Assembly: GCA_002104945.1 (NCBI GenBank)
Contig: MCFH01000019.1
Location: 186,001-250,000, forward strand
Origin: Piromyces finnis finn
Taxonomy: Eukaryota; Fungi; Neocallimastigomycota
Reading direction: 5' to 3'
Length of the DNA: 64,000 nt
Below the pieces are notes generated by a model. That model did no database searches and was not told the origin of the DNA. It saw only the letters and a list, made by a program, of their open reading frames with translations. The stretch's first letter is position 1; every line of letters starts with the position of its first letter. The position numbers and the translations under genes are program-made. Below, in pieces: positions 21,801 through 33,468 of this stretch.

Positions 21801-22896
21801 CATAAACTTTTTTAGTATTAGTATCGATGATGGCAACATAACCATTTTCACCCTGATCATCTTCATTTATACAAGAAAAGAGGTGTTTTTCTTTCTTAGA
21901 ATATGCTACAAAATCAGTAGTCATACTGGAATAATCTTTAGGTAATTCCTCACCTGTAATTTTCCAAAGAATAGAAGAACTTTCTGGATCTTTACGATGA
22001 TAAAGACCAATACCGTTAGTATTGGCATAATAAAAGTCAGTACTTGACCAGTCAAAACGCTGCATTTTTATGCTATTACCTAAATACACCATAGATGGTG
22101 GGTCATAAACAATGTCTTTAACATTACCTAAAAATACGTCATAATCCGTTCCAAAATCAAAATAGGCATCCTCTTCTTTTTTTTCATTCCTTGTCTGTAA
22201 TGATGGTAAATATTGGAAAACTTCACTATTCTTTACTATCGTACATTTCTCAGTTATTTTGTTATTATTTATTTCAATAGTCATTAAATATGGATAATTT
22301 TCATTTAAATTTTTATCATTTAATGGTTTAATTAATGCATTGATAGTAGAACCGTGAATTGACAATCTAGGTTCCAATGGAATAGTATTGGTATTAATAC
22401 TATAATAATTTTCTTTTGAATCTCTAGTAATGGATTTTTCGTCAAAACTATCTATTTCCAATACGGAATTGTTTTTTGTTGATTTAATGTTATAATAGTA
22501 ACGATAAAGTTTGCCACCATCATTAACTAATATAGCCATGGTAACCCTTGAGTTACCAATTAAATATACTTTATTTTTTTGAGTATTGTCAATATTTTTA
22601 AATTCATTGTTAATATCTTGTTGAGCTAATAATTTTCCATTTGCATCAACAATTATTATTTTTAAAAATGATGCATTATTGACATTTGATTTTAATAAAT
22701 AATATGTATTACCATTAGAATCAACAACTACATTGGAATTATTTTCCCAATTAACATTTGTACCTTTTCCAACATTCTTTGGATTACTCAACACCGATTT
22801 AAACCTTTCTATTACATTATATGTTGTTGGATAGTCATTTGTTGGAAGTTGACAATTAGTATCTGTGTTATCTATTGAATAATAACCAACATTCAT
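18844..22896 (-). CDS. Single-pass membrane protein, 1350 aa: beta-rich N-terminal domain, TM helix, long Ser-rich tail with 33-aa repeats and NPF motifs
   Basis: Uninterrupted 4-kb ORF in very AT-rich DNA. The hydrophobic stretch ILIGIGVFVLLAILASLLFMV is followed by KKKK. C-terminus is GYNPFKN. No recognisable signal peptide. Confidence 0.88.
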   Translation of the reverse strand: MNVGYYSIDNTDTNCQLPTNDYPTTYNVIERFKSVLSNPKNVGKGTNVNWENNSNVVVDSNGNTYYLLKSNVNNASFLKIIIVDANGKLLAQQDINNEFKNIDNTQKNKVYLIGNSRVTMAILVNDGGKLYRYYYNIKSTKNNSVLEIDSFDEKSITRDSKENYYSINTNTIPLEPRLSIHGSTINALIKPLNDKNLNENYPYLMTIEINNNKITEKCTIVKNSEVFQYLPSLQTRNEKKEEDAYFDFGTDYDVFLGNVKDIVYDPPSMVYLGNSIKMQRFDWSSTDFYYANTNGIGLYHRKDPESSSILWKITGEELPKDYSSMTTDFVAYSKKEKHLFSCINEDDQGENGYVAIIDTNTKKVYENKTVACSKDSIVLVKDRSFISSTKDGINFYQYDKNFNIQKIKSIGVVAAGSSFISAPVIFNDRLYANGNVYCNDTLSKDIISKDIFGETNKIVQNAESAKMNDKDKFNYMPILIGIGVFVLLAILASLLFMVKKKKNRDQSIQSIHSSREEFKLSDEDFDIDLNVGIRNSNSRFSNVTLESKQSFSSKFTTQSNLSQKSLIIKTEHSNKTNEVRNADTTTNNNYTQLKDTSATMVDENSKNITSPAYTNESTLFGSEKLAAHKYVDGSLEEIVPPSEVLYKNSKAPLLSSKNQNVSNDAKAGLVQTKNIPKPYPQQIIVVNQMLTDSPSNEDEVNHELIDNEMDVKLEKNRKSIPYIAPFITKIKNRNSKNYDMIPDNKTHHINNTSSSSIFSNDTIKQLDKQARNDNTFPSDHKKENELLADKAIKEAPVINRISIRSNSTSSTVKNGVENDELPPLAEASFSSAKKDTSFEIPEFPENNIRNIYKKPLLGKQSKASLMSIDPLKIDSDTFKERPQFNELLFDEDAIPPPTPEFASKNLTNDNSSDFSFRTSKTKNTLNSSSTSTSNYSERLDDIKQKYRQFQNNLQNKYNNESDQTSYFSAASSVTSNPIDDMKMEEFDLENDPFFVPPLPKPNNVFRTPNCNGSKSSVKTGGTSYYSATSDMLDEKESTRKFNNVPTDFNFSNVERDNTSEVAHTSFSYNDPNNDNISINSFHSCVNPVTSPIKVENIISRSGSQFSSAGSSNFYSINSAQLTSQSLPSSANVVSPTMDNLSLGNPHSIMHSDSIKSTTTFQSAADDSFISRAASVGSQFTNPFLRNSYASEISRNDNEGISPLSQNIFNDTNSFISAAESFHTVKTSGKRNDYDSPVQNIFNDTSSMASAAESFHTVKTSGKRNDYDSPVQNIFNDTSSMASAAESFHTVKTSGKRNDYDSPIQNIFNDTSSMASAAESFYTIKTNNTQATDATTNTFKTAKPGYNPFKN
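18922..19296 (-). repeat. Coding 99-bp (33-aa) tandem repeat, ~3.75 copies
   Basis: gactgtcgtagtc recurs at 99-bp spacing (18993, 19092, 19191). The unit reads SPVQNIFNDTSSMASAAESFHTVKTSGKRNDYD. Confidence 0.95.
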
Positions 22897-25118
22897 TTTA
22901 TATTAATATAATGTGAATTGAATTTTAAAGTTTTTTTTTTTTTAAAAAGTATTATTAGTATTAAAAATTAATTGGATATAAAATTATAATTGAAAATTAT
23001 TTTATTTTATAATTCTTTTTTTTTTTATTTTGTATACTAAACAATAATTATTTTTGAATTTATGATACAAAATTGAATAAAGATTTAAAATTTTTATTGA
23101 ATATTGATGACATTAAATTGTTATAAAAAACAAATTTGCTATTTTTAATTATTTATTTTAAGATTTTTAGGGAATAATTTGAATCCTTAATTAATTTCTT
23201 TTAATAATGATGTATATTTATGTTTTTATGTTTAATATTATTTATCATTTATATTTTGACTATAAATAGGTATAAATTAGAATGATGAATGATTAAAAAA
23301 TGATGAATATTAGTTAAAATTTATTTAATAAAATAAATTTAAATAAATAGTAAAATAATTATGAAATTAGGTAATATAGAATGAAAACTAAAGAAAAAAG
23401 AGATAAATAAATTATAGAGTAATATATGTATTTTAACTTTAAAAGTCTAAAAAAAAAAACTTTTTTTTTTCAAATGACTGTATATGATATATAAATTATG
23501 CAATGAATTATTAATAAATAATGATTGATAATTAATAGGCTATTATATTGTCTTGCTATGATAATAATGTTGTTTTTTATACCAATGTTTTTTTTTTTTT
23601 AATATAAATAGATATATTTTTTAAAAGTTGATTATAACATCTCATAAAAAATCTTTAATAAAAAATACTTTTTTCATTGTTACTTTAAAAAAAATTATTA
23701 TAAAAATTTATTATAAAGAACTTTTTTTTATTAAAATTTTGAATTATTAAAAAAATTTTATTATATAATATTTTGCCACATTTTAATTTAATTTTATTAT
23801 ATGATAAAATTTAAGAAAAAAAAGTGCCAATAATTTTTATTCATTAAACCACAAAAATTTTTTATTATTAATAAATTTGGTATAAGACAAAGTATAATAA
23901 ATAAAAATATTCATCAACAAGGCCATGATGGATTTCATCAAAAAAAAGAAAATGAAATTACTGCTTACCTTTTGTACCAATTTAATAAAATTGAAGTCAA
24001 AGTTTTTGGGTTTTATATATACGAACTTTAGAAATATTTTAAAAAGTGTTTTTATTAAGATTAATATCTGTTATTTAATATTATGGACTTTGGATTGATT
24101 TGATGTTACTTATTTAGTATTATTATTATTACTACACAGTTTTTTTTAATAATATAATTTTTTGTTTTAATTACAATTATATATTTCTTTTTTTTTTTTT
24201 TTTTTTGTCTTATTTTTATATCTTTCTTTATTATTAGAGGATAGACGCGTTTATAAGGTTATTCTTATATGTACATTTATATATATATACGTTTTTGAGA
24301 AAAATATTTTTATATTATTCTCAAACATAAAATGTTATAAATACTTTTATTTAAAAAGTTCAAATAAATTCAATCTATAAATTAGTAATATATTATTGAA
24401 TTATTTTATTATTTATAACTTTGATATGGAATTTTAAATTGTTATTGCAGATAACAGTATTTTTTTTTTTTTTTTTTGTTTTTTTGAAAGAAATAAATAA
24501 TTGAAATTTTTTAAAAACTTTAATACTTTTTGTTATTTATTCCAATTAATAAAGTTGTTGTTGTTGTTGTTGTTCGATGATTTATAGGTTGAATTAAAAC
24601 TAAAGAATAAAATTATAATTATTTATTTATTTACTTATTTATTCATTTATTTAGTTTAATTTATTTAGTTTGTCTATACTTTTTCTGTTATCTTTTTTTT
24701 CTTTTCCTATTTATTATTTTAAATTAGTATTGACGTTGATTTTAAATTGATAAATAGTAATAATAATAATAATAATACACTTTTCTCTTTTTTTTTTTTT
24801 TTTTTAATTTTTTATCTAAAAGAGAAATATAAATGGGTCAAATTCAGTTCATAGAATAAAAAATAAAAAAAAAAAAAAAAGGGACCAAAAATAAAGCTAA
24901 ATCATAAATAATATTATTAAAAATTAAACCACTTTTTTTTAGTAAAAAAAAATGGAAATGGTGGTTGATTAGTAGTTATTTTAAAGTTTTAGAATTTGTT
25001 TTAAAATATAATATATTACAATATAATCTAATATATTATTTAATTTAATTTAATAAAAAGTTTATTCATTTATTTTTTTACAAAATGGAAATTGTATAGA
25101 CTAGTAAAGAAAATTAGT

Positions 25119-25170
25119 ATAATAAACCAAATCTAAAAATATCAAATTATTATTAGATTTGGTTTATTAT
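25119..25170. repeat. Perfect 18-bp inverted repeat with a 16-nt spacer
   Basis: ataataaaccaaatctaa (25119-25136) and ttagatttggtttattat (25153-25170). Confidence 0.8.
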
Positions 25171-28100
25171 TTATGATTTTTAATTGTAGAACTTTCAATA
25201 ACTATTAGCTTTTTTTTTTTTAATGTCAAAAACCTTCTCTATGCTTGGTATAAATGGTACCACACCAACTTCTATTTTCAATATTCTTTTTAACTATTGT
25301 CACTTGTACAATAATAACCTAAATGTATTTTAAACCTTCCTTTCCATCTAGGCCAATAATATTTTATTATTTATTAAAGTTACAGGGAGAATAGTTAAAG
25401 TATCCAATCATAATTTTAATTATTCATTTATTTTATATTAATTAAAGTTATCTATTATTTATTTTTAATATACTTTTTATTCATTGGTCCATTAATTAAA
25501 AAAATTAGATTTAAACTTTATTTATTATTATTTTTATATTATCAGAAAGTGGACTTTTTAATTAATTAAAAAGAGTGGAAAATATATTCAATAGTGTAGA
25601 AAAAGAACAGGAATGTAAAAAGAGTAAAAGTCTATATTTTACAACACAAGCTATAATAATAATGATGATGATGAACATTAATTGGGATGAAAACTTAAAC
25701 ATACTTTCTTGCAATAGACAAATGATGACTTGAAATTAGAATTAAAAATAATGTCATCATTTATAAACTCTTTTTTTTTTACCATTAGTCTTTTTAGTTT
25801 ATTTTTATATTATATTTATTATATATCAAATGATTCTTTACCTTTTTAAAAAAAAAAAAAAATAAAATTTAAACTTTTTAAAATAATATACAATAACTAA
25901 TTTGAAAATAATAAAAAAAAAAAGAGTTTGAGTTCTGTTAGTGCTTTGGTATTGACACTATTTTTTTTTTATTATTATTTTTATAATTATCGAATGAATT
26001 GTCTAAAACAATTTAATATGCCTTAATAATAAATGGTCAATATAGTTTTATTTTATTAATTTCATTATACTCAACTTGAATAAGATGAAATTCTCAAATA
26101 TAATGTCTATTTTTATTCATGTTTGGAAATAAATTGTTATATTCATAATTCTCGGGAGTTTTCATACCTTCGCAATATGTTAAAGTTATTTATCCTTTAT
26201 TTCTCTTAAAGGCATCTGATATAGTTTAAAGAATGAATGACCTTATTTTATAATAAAATGATTTAACAAATGAATATTATTATGGTACGGTAGAATTAAA
26301 ATATTTATATTAATCTCTTATAAGCAAAATTCATTGCAAAAATCATTTATTATACTAATTGTAATTTTATTTTAGTATAAATTTATGTATAATACACTTA
26401 ATTATTTGAAGTTTTTTTTTTTTTTTACTTTTTATATATCATTTACAAGAATTCTTTTTTATTTTTTCATTTAAATAGATTTAGTAATAATTAAAGCATC
26501 TTAATTTTATTTTAAATTCTTTATTATAAACCTTTAAAATGAAAGTTTTAATCATCTTTAATTATTTCTATTTTATAAAATTTGAAATTATAATAAGCAT
26601 GTACTATTATTGCCAATGATGAAAACGAAAAATATAGAGAAAAATTAAAATAGGCCCTATTTAATTTTATACTATAATAAAATGGATATATAATAAGTAT
26701 ATAACAATGATTTTTTATTATATATTGAAATACTTTATTCTACTTTATTCTATTAAAGCTTCTCATTCAATACATTTTTACTATACTCTATCAATACAGT
26801 CATTATAACAATCAATAATATATACATATACACATAAACGCCTATACATATATATATATATATGCACATATCAATATACATCTATCCTATCCTATGGTAA
26901 AAATTAAATAAAAAATGGGTAATAATGAATAGTTGACCAATGGATAATTCATTTTTTTTTTTCACTCACATTCATTTTCTAAATGGTATAATGTAATAAT
27001 AGTTGCATTCTTGATCAGATACAAAAGTAAAAAAAAATAAAAAATTAAAACAATAGTATATTATGCATTATTTTTTTTTCTATCTAATAGAGTGTTAAAA
27101 TTAAAAAATAGAATTTTATTAATGATATAATTCATATTTATGGGATGATTCTTATGAATACTATTATCTATAATATATATATATTGACCATCTTTTTTTG
27201 TATGAATCCTCTTTTTTATTTTAATGACCAATTATTTCTTTTGTTATACTTCAATAGGAAGAAAGAAAGAAAGAATAATAATAAACTTAAAGGTTAGAAT
27301 TATGCTCTTTTTTTTGTGTATTCAAACAATGTTTGATCGCCTTTTCATACCTCATTTAAAAAAGTAAAAAATTTCAAAAAAAAAAAAATAAATTAAAATA
27401 GTTAAAAGAATGTCCTATATATTATATATATATTATAATTTTATTTATATTTATTATCTTTTGAATTATTCAATTTATTTGAATAAAAAATGAATAAAAA
27501 AGATTCCATTGTTGATTTGTGCAACGTATGTTTAAATTTTATTCGTAAAATTTTAATTTAAAAAAATGTATTTGAAACTGGAATTTTGATATAAATTAAC
27601 CTTTTAACCTTTTATAGTTTAATTGAAAAACATTATTTTATATTAAAGCTTAATAATTTAAATTTTTTTATGGTTGGATAGTTAAAAGCAGTTAAGATGA
27701 AAAATTATTGAGAAAAAATAGAATATTTAAAAGATTGAAATATTTTTATAATAATGTTTTTTTAAACTAATTTATATCTTCTATATGGCATTACTTTAAT
27801 TCATAGACTTATTTAAGAATGAAAAAATGATATTTATTTTATAATCAAGTTAAATTAAAAACCAAGGAAAATTTAATAAAGAACTTCAATTTCCATGGAA
27901 TAATTTAAAGTTTTTATTGATTTTTCTATTTAAAACATTATATTAAAAAATAATCATTTTTATTAATATTTACAGTTTTGATATTATGACAAATCATTTT
28001 TAATATATGAATTAACTGTTATCTTGAAAACAAAAAAGTTTATTATTATGAATTTATTTTTAAGTAACACAAATTGCCATAAAAGGCATAATTATATATT

Positions 28101-30038
28101 AATTTTTATTCAAAAATTTAATGAAATTAATTTTTTTTATTAATTAATAAAGTTTTTATCCTCACCGTTCATTGATATGACTCTTTAATAAAAGTGATGA
28201 TTTTTTTTAAAGTTTGGATTTGGTGAGTTTTAAAAGCATTCTATAGCGTATTATTAATTAACTTTAATTAATATAAAAATAAAAGGCTTTCATTTTTTTA
28301 ATTTGTTTTTTATTAATTTTTTAAATCTATTAGTAAAAAAGTTTGAAACTTTTATTATTATAAAGTCATTTTATTATTCAATATATATTAATATATATAC
28401 CTTAATAGTTTATATATTTAATAATATAAATGAATATCATTCTCCACTACTTTATTAAAATAATTTAATTTATATATTGAATAATTAATATAAATTATAT
28501 TTATGATTTATTTTATAGTATTATACATAATTGAATTAATATATTTAATATATTTAATAAATATATAATAATATATAATAATTCATTAATAAAAATGATT
28601 ATTATTATATTGTTAATTATATTAGGTCTTTTTTTCTTTTTTAATAAAATAAGAAAAGGATGCGTAGTAATTAAAATTTTATTTAATAATTATTTATCTG
28701 ATAATATAATTTAATATTTAAATCAATATATTATAATAATATTGTAATATAAAATTGTATCAACACTCATATAATACTATTATATTATCATTTTTTTTTA
28801 TTGTTAGGAAAAATCGAAATATTAATAATTAAAGTTTTATATTTATTACTATTCTATTTTTATTAATAATTTTTTGGAAATGAATTTTTATTTGATTTAT
28901 TTACTTTCTTTTCAAAGTATACTAATAATCTTTGAAATGTTTTGATTTTAAATCAACAAATTTAATCAATTCATTGTTATAATATTTCTAATTAAGAATA
29001 TTTAAGAATAAAGAATAATAATAACAAAAAAAAAAAAAAGAATTAATTATACTTTTTTTTTTTCATTTTTTTTAAAATAATAGTATAAAGACAATTTTTT
29101 TAAGTATTGTATTTACTTAATTTTCAATAAATTCATTTATTTTGACAATAAATAATTTTTTGATTCGAATGAAACAAAAAAGTATGAATTAATCCGGAAA
29201 AATAGAAACATAATAACAAACAGATAAAAAAAATATTAAAAACAATATATTAAAACAGTTTTATTTCGACCAAAGAAACAAAATAAAACAAAAGTAAAAG
29301 TAGTTTAAAACAAAGATATTTTAAAAGTATGTCAACAAAGTAAATTATACACCTGTTTATTATTTAATTGATTAATATATTTAAAGAAGAATAATAAAAA
29401 GATACTATTTAATAACAAAAATAGAAACAAATAATTTTATTTTTAAAATATTTTATTTATATAAATAATTCAATTCATATAAATAGAACATAATTTTAAA
29501 AATAAAACCAAGGGAAAATAGTTGTATTGTGGAAATAACTGACTAAAAAAATATTATTTATTATTTTTTTTTTTAATTTTTATTTTATATTATATACTTT
29601 TTTTTTTAATTTAAATAATTTTTTATTACCATTATTGTACATAAATGATAATTGTTAATATCAATTTATAAAATATATTATCCAATTCACTCATTGTAAT
29701 ATATAGTATTCATTTATCTGTATTTTTTATTTCAATATTATTTTTTTAAAACATTGTAGCAACTCAAAAAAATAATTTTATTAATGCAATATAATTGATA
29801 AATATTTATTTTGTAAAAAAAAAAAAAACAAAACAAAATTAAAAACAAACAAACAAAAAAAAAAAAAAAACAAATCTTATTCTTTATTCTTAAATAATTT
29901 TTTTATAACAGAAAAACATTTAGATAAACAAACTTATATATATCAGTAAAATATAATAAACAAAAAAATATAATTCATAGAATTAAATTTTAGAAATATT
30001 TATTTTTTTTTAATTTTGTAATTTCAATATAAATTAAA

Positions 30039-31631
30039 ATGCCAACAAAAACAAAATCAAAAGTTAAACATAGAGTTACCTTTGCTCCAGATACTAAAAC
30101 AGAAGCTGAACAATTAGATTGCTTAATTAGAGCAATTGAATTCAAAGGTCCAGGTATTGATGAATTATCAAATATGATTCAAAATATTCATATAGGATAT
30201 TCAGGAAATGTTAATAAAAGAAAACCAAGTTTTGATAGTACTTCCATTATTGAACATTTAAGAAGTACATTGGATAAAATGTTAGATTCAGAGCTTGCAG
30301 AAGCTTCAATAAAATCTAGTTCGGATAGTGAAAGTGTAAAAGATGATGTAACTAGTAAGTCAGTTTTAAATCCAACACTTCCAACTATAGAAGAAAATAC
30401 GGAAAAAGAATTTAAAACAAATCACGATTCTGGTATTAGTGGTATGGAATTTGATTTAGAAAAAATGAAAAATAATGAAGTCACACCTCAAGCCAGAAGA
30501 CGTGTATCTGGATTAATTAATAAATTAGATTCCTGTATAAATGAACTTCAAAGAGTAACTGATACAATTGAAGAGGAGACAGCATCAGAGGTTCAAGCTG
30601 CCTTAGATGATACTGACTCTTCAAAAGAAACTTTACCACCTAAAAACGGTAAACCAGCATCACTTTCTATTGATACAAGTGTAAATATGAATAAGAATGT
30701 AAATATCAATAATGTAAATAGTAATTCTGTTGGAAATGCCTTATACTGTGAACCAAATGAATCTGTTGGATATTATACCGCTAGTACCAATGAGTACTTG
30801 TATAATGAGCCAAATATGGAACATTACAGTTTAGGCAGTGAAAATGAAATGTCTAGATTAGATTTAGCTAGTAAAGGTATATATGCCACCCCAAATCAAC
30901 CAACTGTTGTTGAAGCATGCTACTCTGGTTTTCTTCTTTCCTCAATTCTTGCCGTAGTTGCTGATGATTGTTCTGTTCTTTATTTCGGTATTCTTACCGA
31001 AGATAATCTTTATTTCTATAATTCCACCGATGATGAAGAACCTATGTTTGGTCGTATAATAATAGATCAAAATACAAAAGTTTTCCCAATTTCTAGTCCA
31101 GAAAGTCAAGGATATTTAATTGAAATTAACGGTGTATATGTTATGCCGGATGAACAAAGAATTAGTTCAAAGGTTAGACTTATGTTTAATAACAAACAAG
31201 AAAGAAATATCTGGTATAAAGTCATTAAAACCACAGTTAATGATTGGAAAATCAAGACATCTTATGTTAATAGTAATAACCCAGGTAATACTGGTGGAAA
31301 AAGAAGACTTTCCTTCCTTTCTTCTATTCAATATCAACCTGCCTATCTTTCGAGTACACCAAAGCGTTCTGATTCTTTATATACACATCAAATGAAACCT
31401 GCTACCAAAAAATCATCTGAAATTTCAGATGCTACCTTAGTAACCCCAGATTCAGCGGATACTATCAATGATGCTATTCCATCATCATCCGAAGCATCTC
31501 CTACTTCAGCTACAACCTTAGCCTCAGAGGAAAATTATGGTGGTGTTAATCCAAGTCAAAGTATTCTTTCCGCATTACATGTATTAGAAGCTCTTGAACG
31601 CAAGCGTAACAATCAAGAATTAAAAAAATAA
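30039..31631 (+). CDS. PH-domain protein, 530 aa, single exon
   Basis: PH-like segment YSGFLL...YFGILTEDNLYFY...RIII...YLIEI...VRLMFNNKQERNIWYKVI, with the typical C-terminal Trp helix. Confidence 0.8.
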   Translation: MPTKTKSKVKHRVTFAPDTKTEAEQLDCLIRAIEFKGPGIDELSNMIQNIHIGYSGNVNKRKPSFDSTSIIEHLRSTLDKMLDSELAEASIKSSSDSESVKDDVTSKSVLNPTLPTIEENTEKEFKTNHDSGISGMEFDLEKMKNNEVTPQARRRVSGLINKLDSCINELQRVTDTIEEETASEVQAALDDTDSSKETLPPKNGKPASLSIDTSVNMNKNVNINNVNSNSVGNALYCEPNESVGYYTASTNEYLYNEPNMEHYSLGSENEMSRLDLASKGIYATPNQPTVVEACYSGFLLSSILAVVADDCSVLYFGILTEDNLYFYNSTDDEEPMFGRIIIDQNTKVFPISSPESQGYLIEINGVYVMPDEQRISSKVRLMFNNKQERNIWYKVIKTTVNDWKIKTSYVNSNNPGNTGGKRRLSFLSSIQYQPAYLSSTPKRSDSLYTHQMKPATKKSSEISDATLVTPDSADTINDAIPSSSEASPTSATTLASEENYGGVNPSQSILSALHVLEALERKRNNQELKK

Positions 31632-32621
31632 AAAAAGAATTGAAAATATAAATAAAATTTGAAAGAGAAATAGGCATAAAATTTAAATCTATAATCTTTT
31701 ATAAAGATTTATTATTTTAACGATTTAAAATAATATAGTTTAAACAGCGCAAATGATATCCAACTATTTATTTTTATATATATTTATCATACCTAAAATA
31801 TATTATTTCAATCGTATTATTTTTTTTTTTTTTTGATCAAAAAAAAAAAAAAAAAAAAGCCATTTTTCTTTTCTATATTTACTTTTTATTTTCTTAACAA
31901 ACCTTTTCGCAATAATAAAAAAAAAGTATTAATTAATTAATAATAATAATGATAATAATAAATGAATAAATGGAATAAAAAAAATTAAAAATTAAAACGT
32001 ATTTAGAGTCAAAGAATAATAGTCCTAGTCTTTTCATCGTAGGGTTAAAAAGAACTTTTTTTATTATTATTATAATGATAAGATTATGTGTAATATTTTA
32101 TCTTTATAGATGAAAAAAAAAAAAAAAAAAGGATAGTATTTTGTATAAGAAATAAAATAGGAAATAAAAGAGAAAATAAAGGAATATATTAATGTATAAA
32201 CTTATTATTGAATAATAATAAAAAAGAAAAAGAATAAAATCAGCCAGTTTTTTTTTTGCTTGAAACTATTTCATTAGCCTTGAATAATTCTGGCCAAAAA
32301 AAAAATTTAATCCATAAATTTTAGATAAAAAAAAAATTATTAGAAAAAAAAAAATTATTCTTTTCATTTTTTTTTCTTTTAAAAAATATTTATATTTTAT
32401 TCAAAAAAAAAAAAAAGTTTTCTCTTGATAATGTCAAAGTAAAAAAAAAGAAATGTACTGAAATTCATGGTTAAATTTAATAATTATAAAATTTTTAAAT
32501 AGGTATTTTTTTTTTTTTAAAAGTTCAAATTTGTAAACTTTATAATAAAAATGAATAATAAAAAAAAAAATAGAACATTTAGAAATTACAATTATTTTCT
32601 TATAAAAAATATTCTTATTTG

Positions 32622-32654
<33 letters not shown>

Positions 32655-33468
32655 TTTTGTAATTGATTCAATATATATATCAATAAAATGTATAATATAA
32701 ATGATATATATTGAAAAAAAAAAAGAGTTTATTATAATGAATAAATTTGAAATTTCTTTTCTTTTTATATATATTAAAGTATTAAAGCATGAATACTAAC
32801 TTTTCAATTTATATTCTATCCATTATTATTATATATTTAATTTCAATTTTGTAAAATAAAAAAAAAAAAAACTTTTACAAATTAATAAATACGTTTATAA
32901 TAAATAATATTAAAATTATAGAAAAAAGAAAAAAAAGAAACCATTTTATTTTTCAATTAGTTTAAATATTTTTATATATTTTCCATAACTATTTCATTGA
33001 TATCAATAAGTGTTTTTTCTACTACTACTACTACTACTACTACTATTATTATTTTATTATTCCTTGCAATATAATAATATTCATTAATTTTGACAAGATA
33101 TCAATATTATTTCGATTTTTAAATTCAATTATTCAACTCTATTCATATTAAAAAAATGTTAAAATATTTTATATAATAAATACATACATAGGATTATTAA
33201 AAATAATATAAGCATAAATCTTTTTTTTTTTATTGTTAATTTTTATTTCTCAAAGTAAAGAAAGAAAGAAAGAAAGAAACCCTTTATAAATTCACTAATT
33301 TTTAATATATGTTAATAAATAACAATATAATAATTCTATAAATATTAAAAAATATCGGTAAATCAATAAAACAAAATAAAATAAAACAATACATACATAT
33401 ATATATAAACAATGAAAACAATATAAAATATATACACATAATATATAATAATAATAATAAAAAGACTA

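Noticed and set aside
28191-28230. gtgatga C-box with ctcacc/ggtgag stem as a C/D snoRNA
   Set aside because: No downstream CTGA D-box at a suitable distance.
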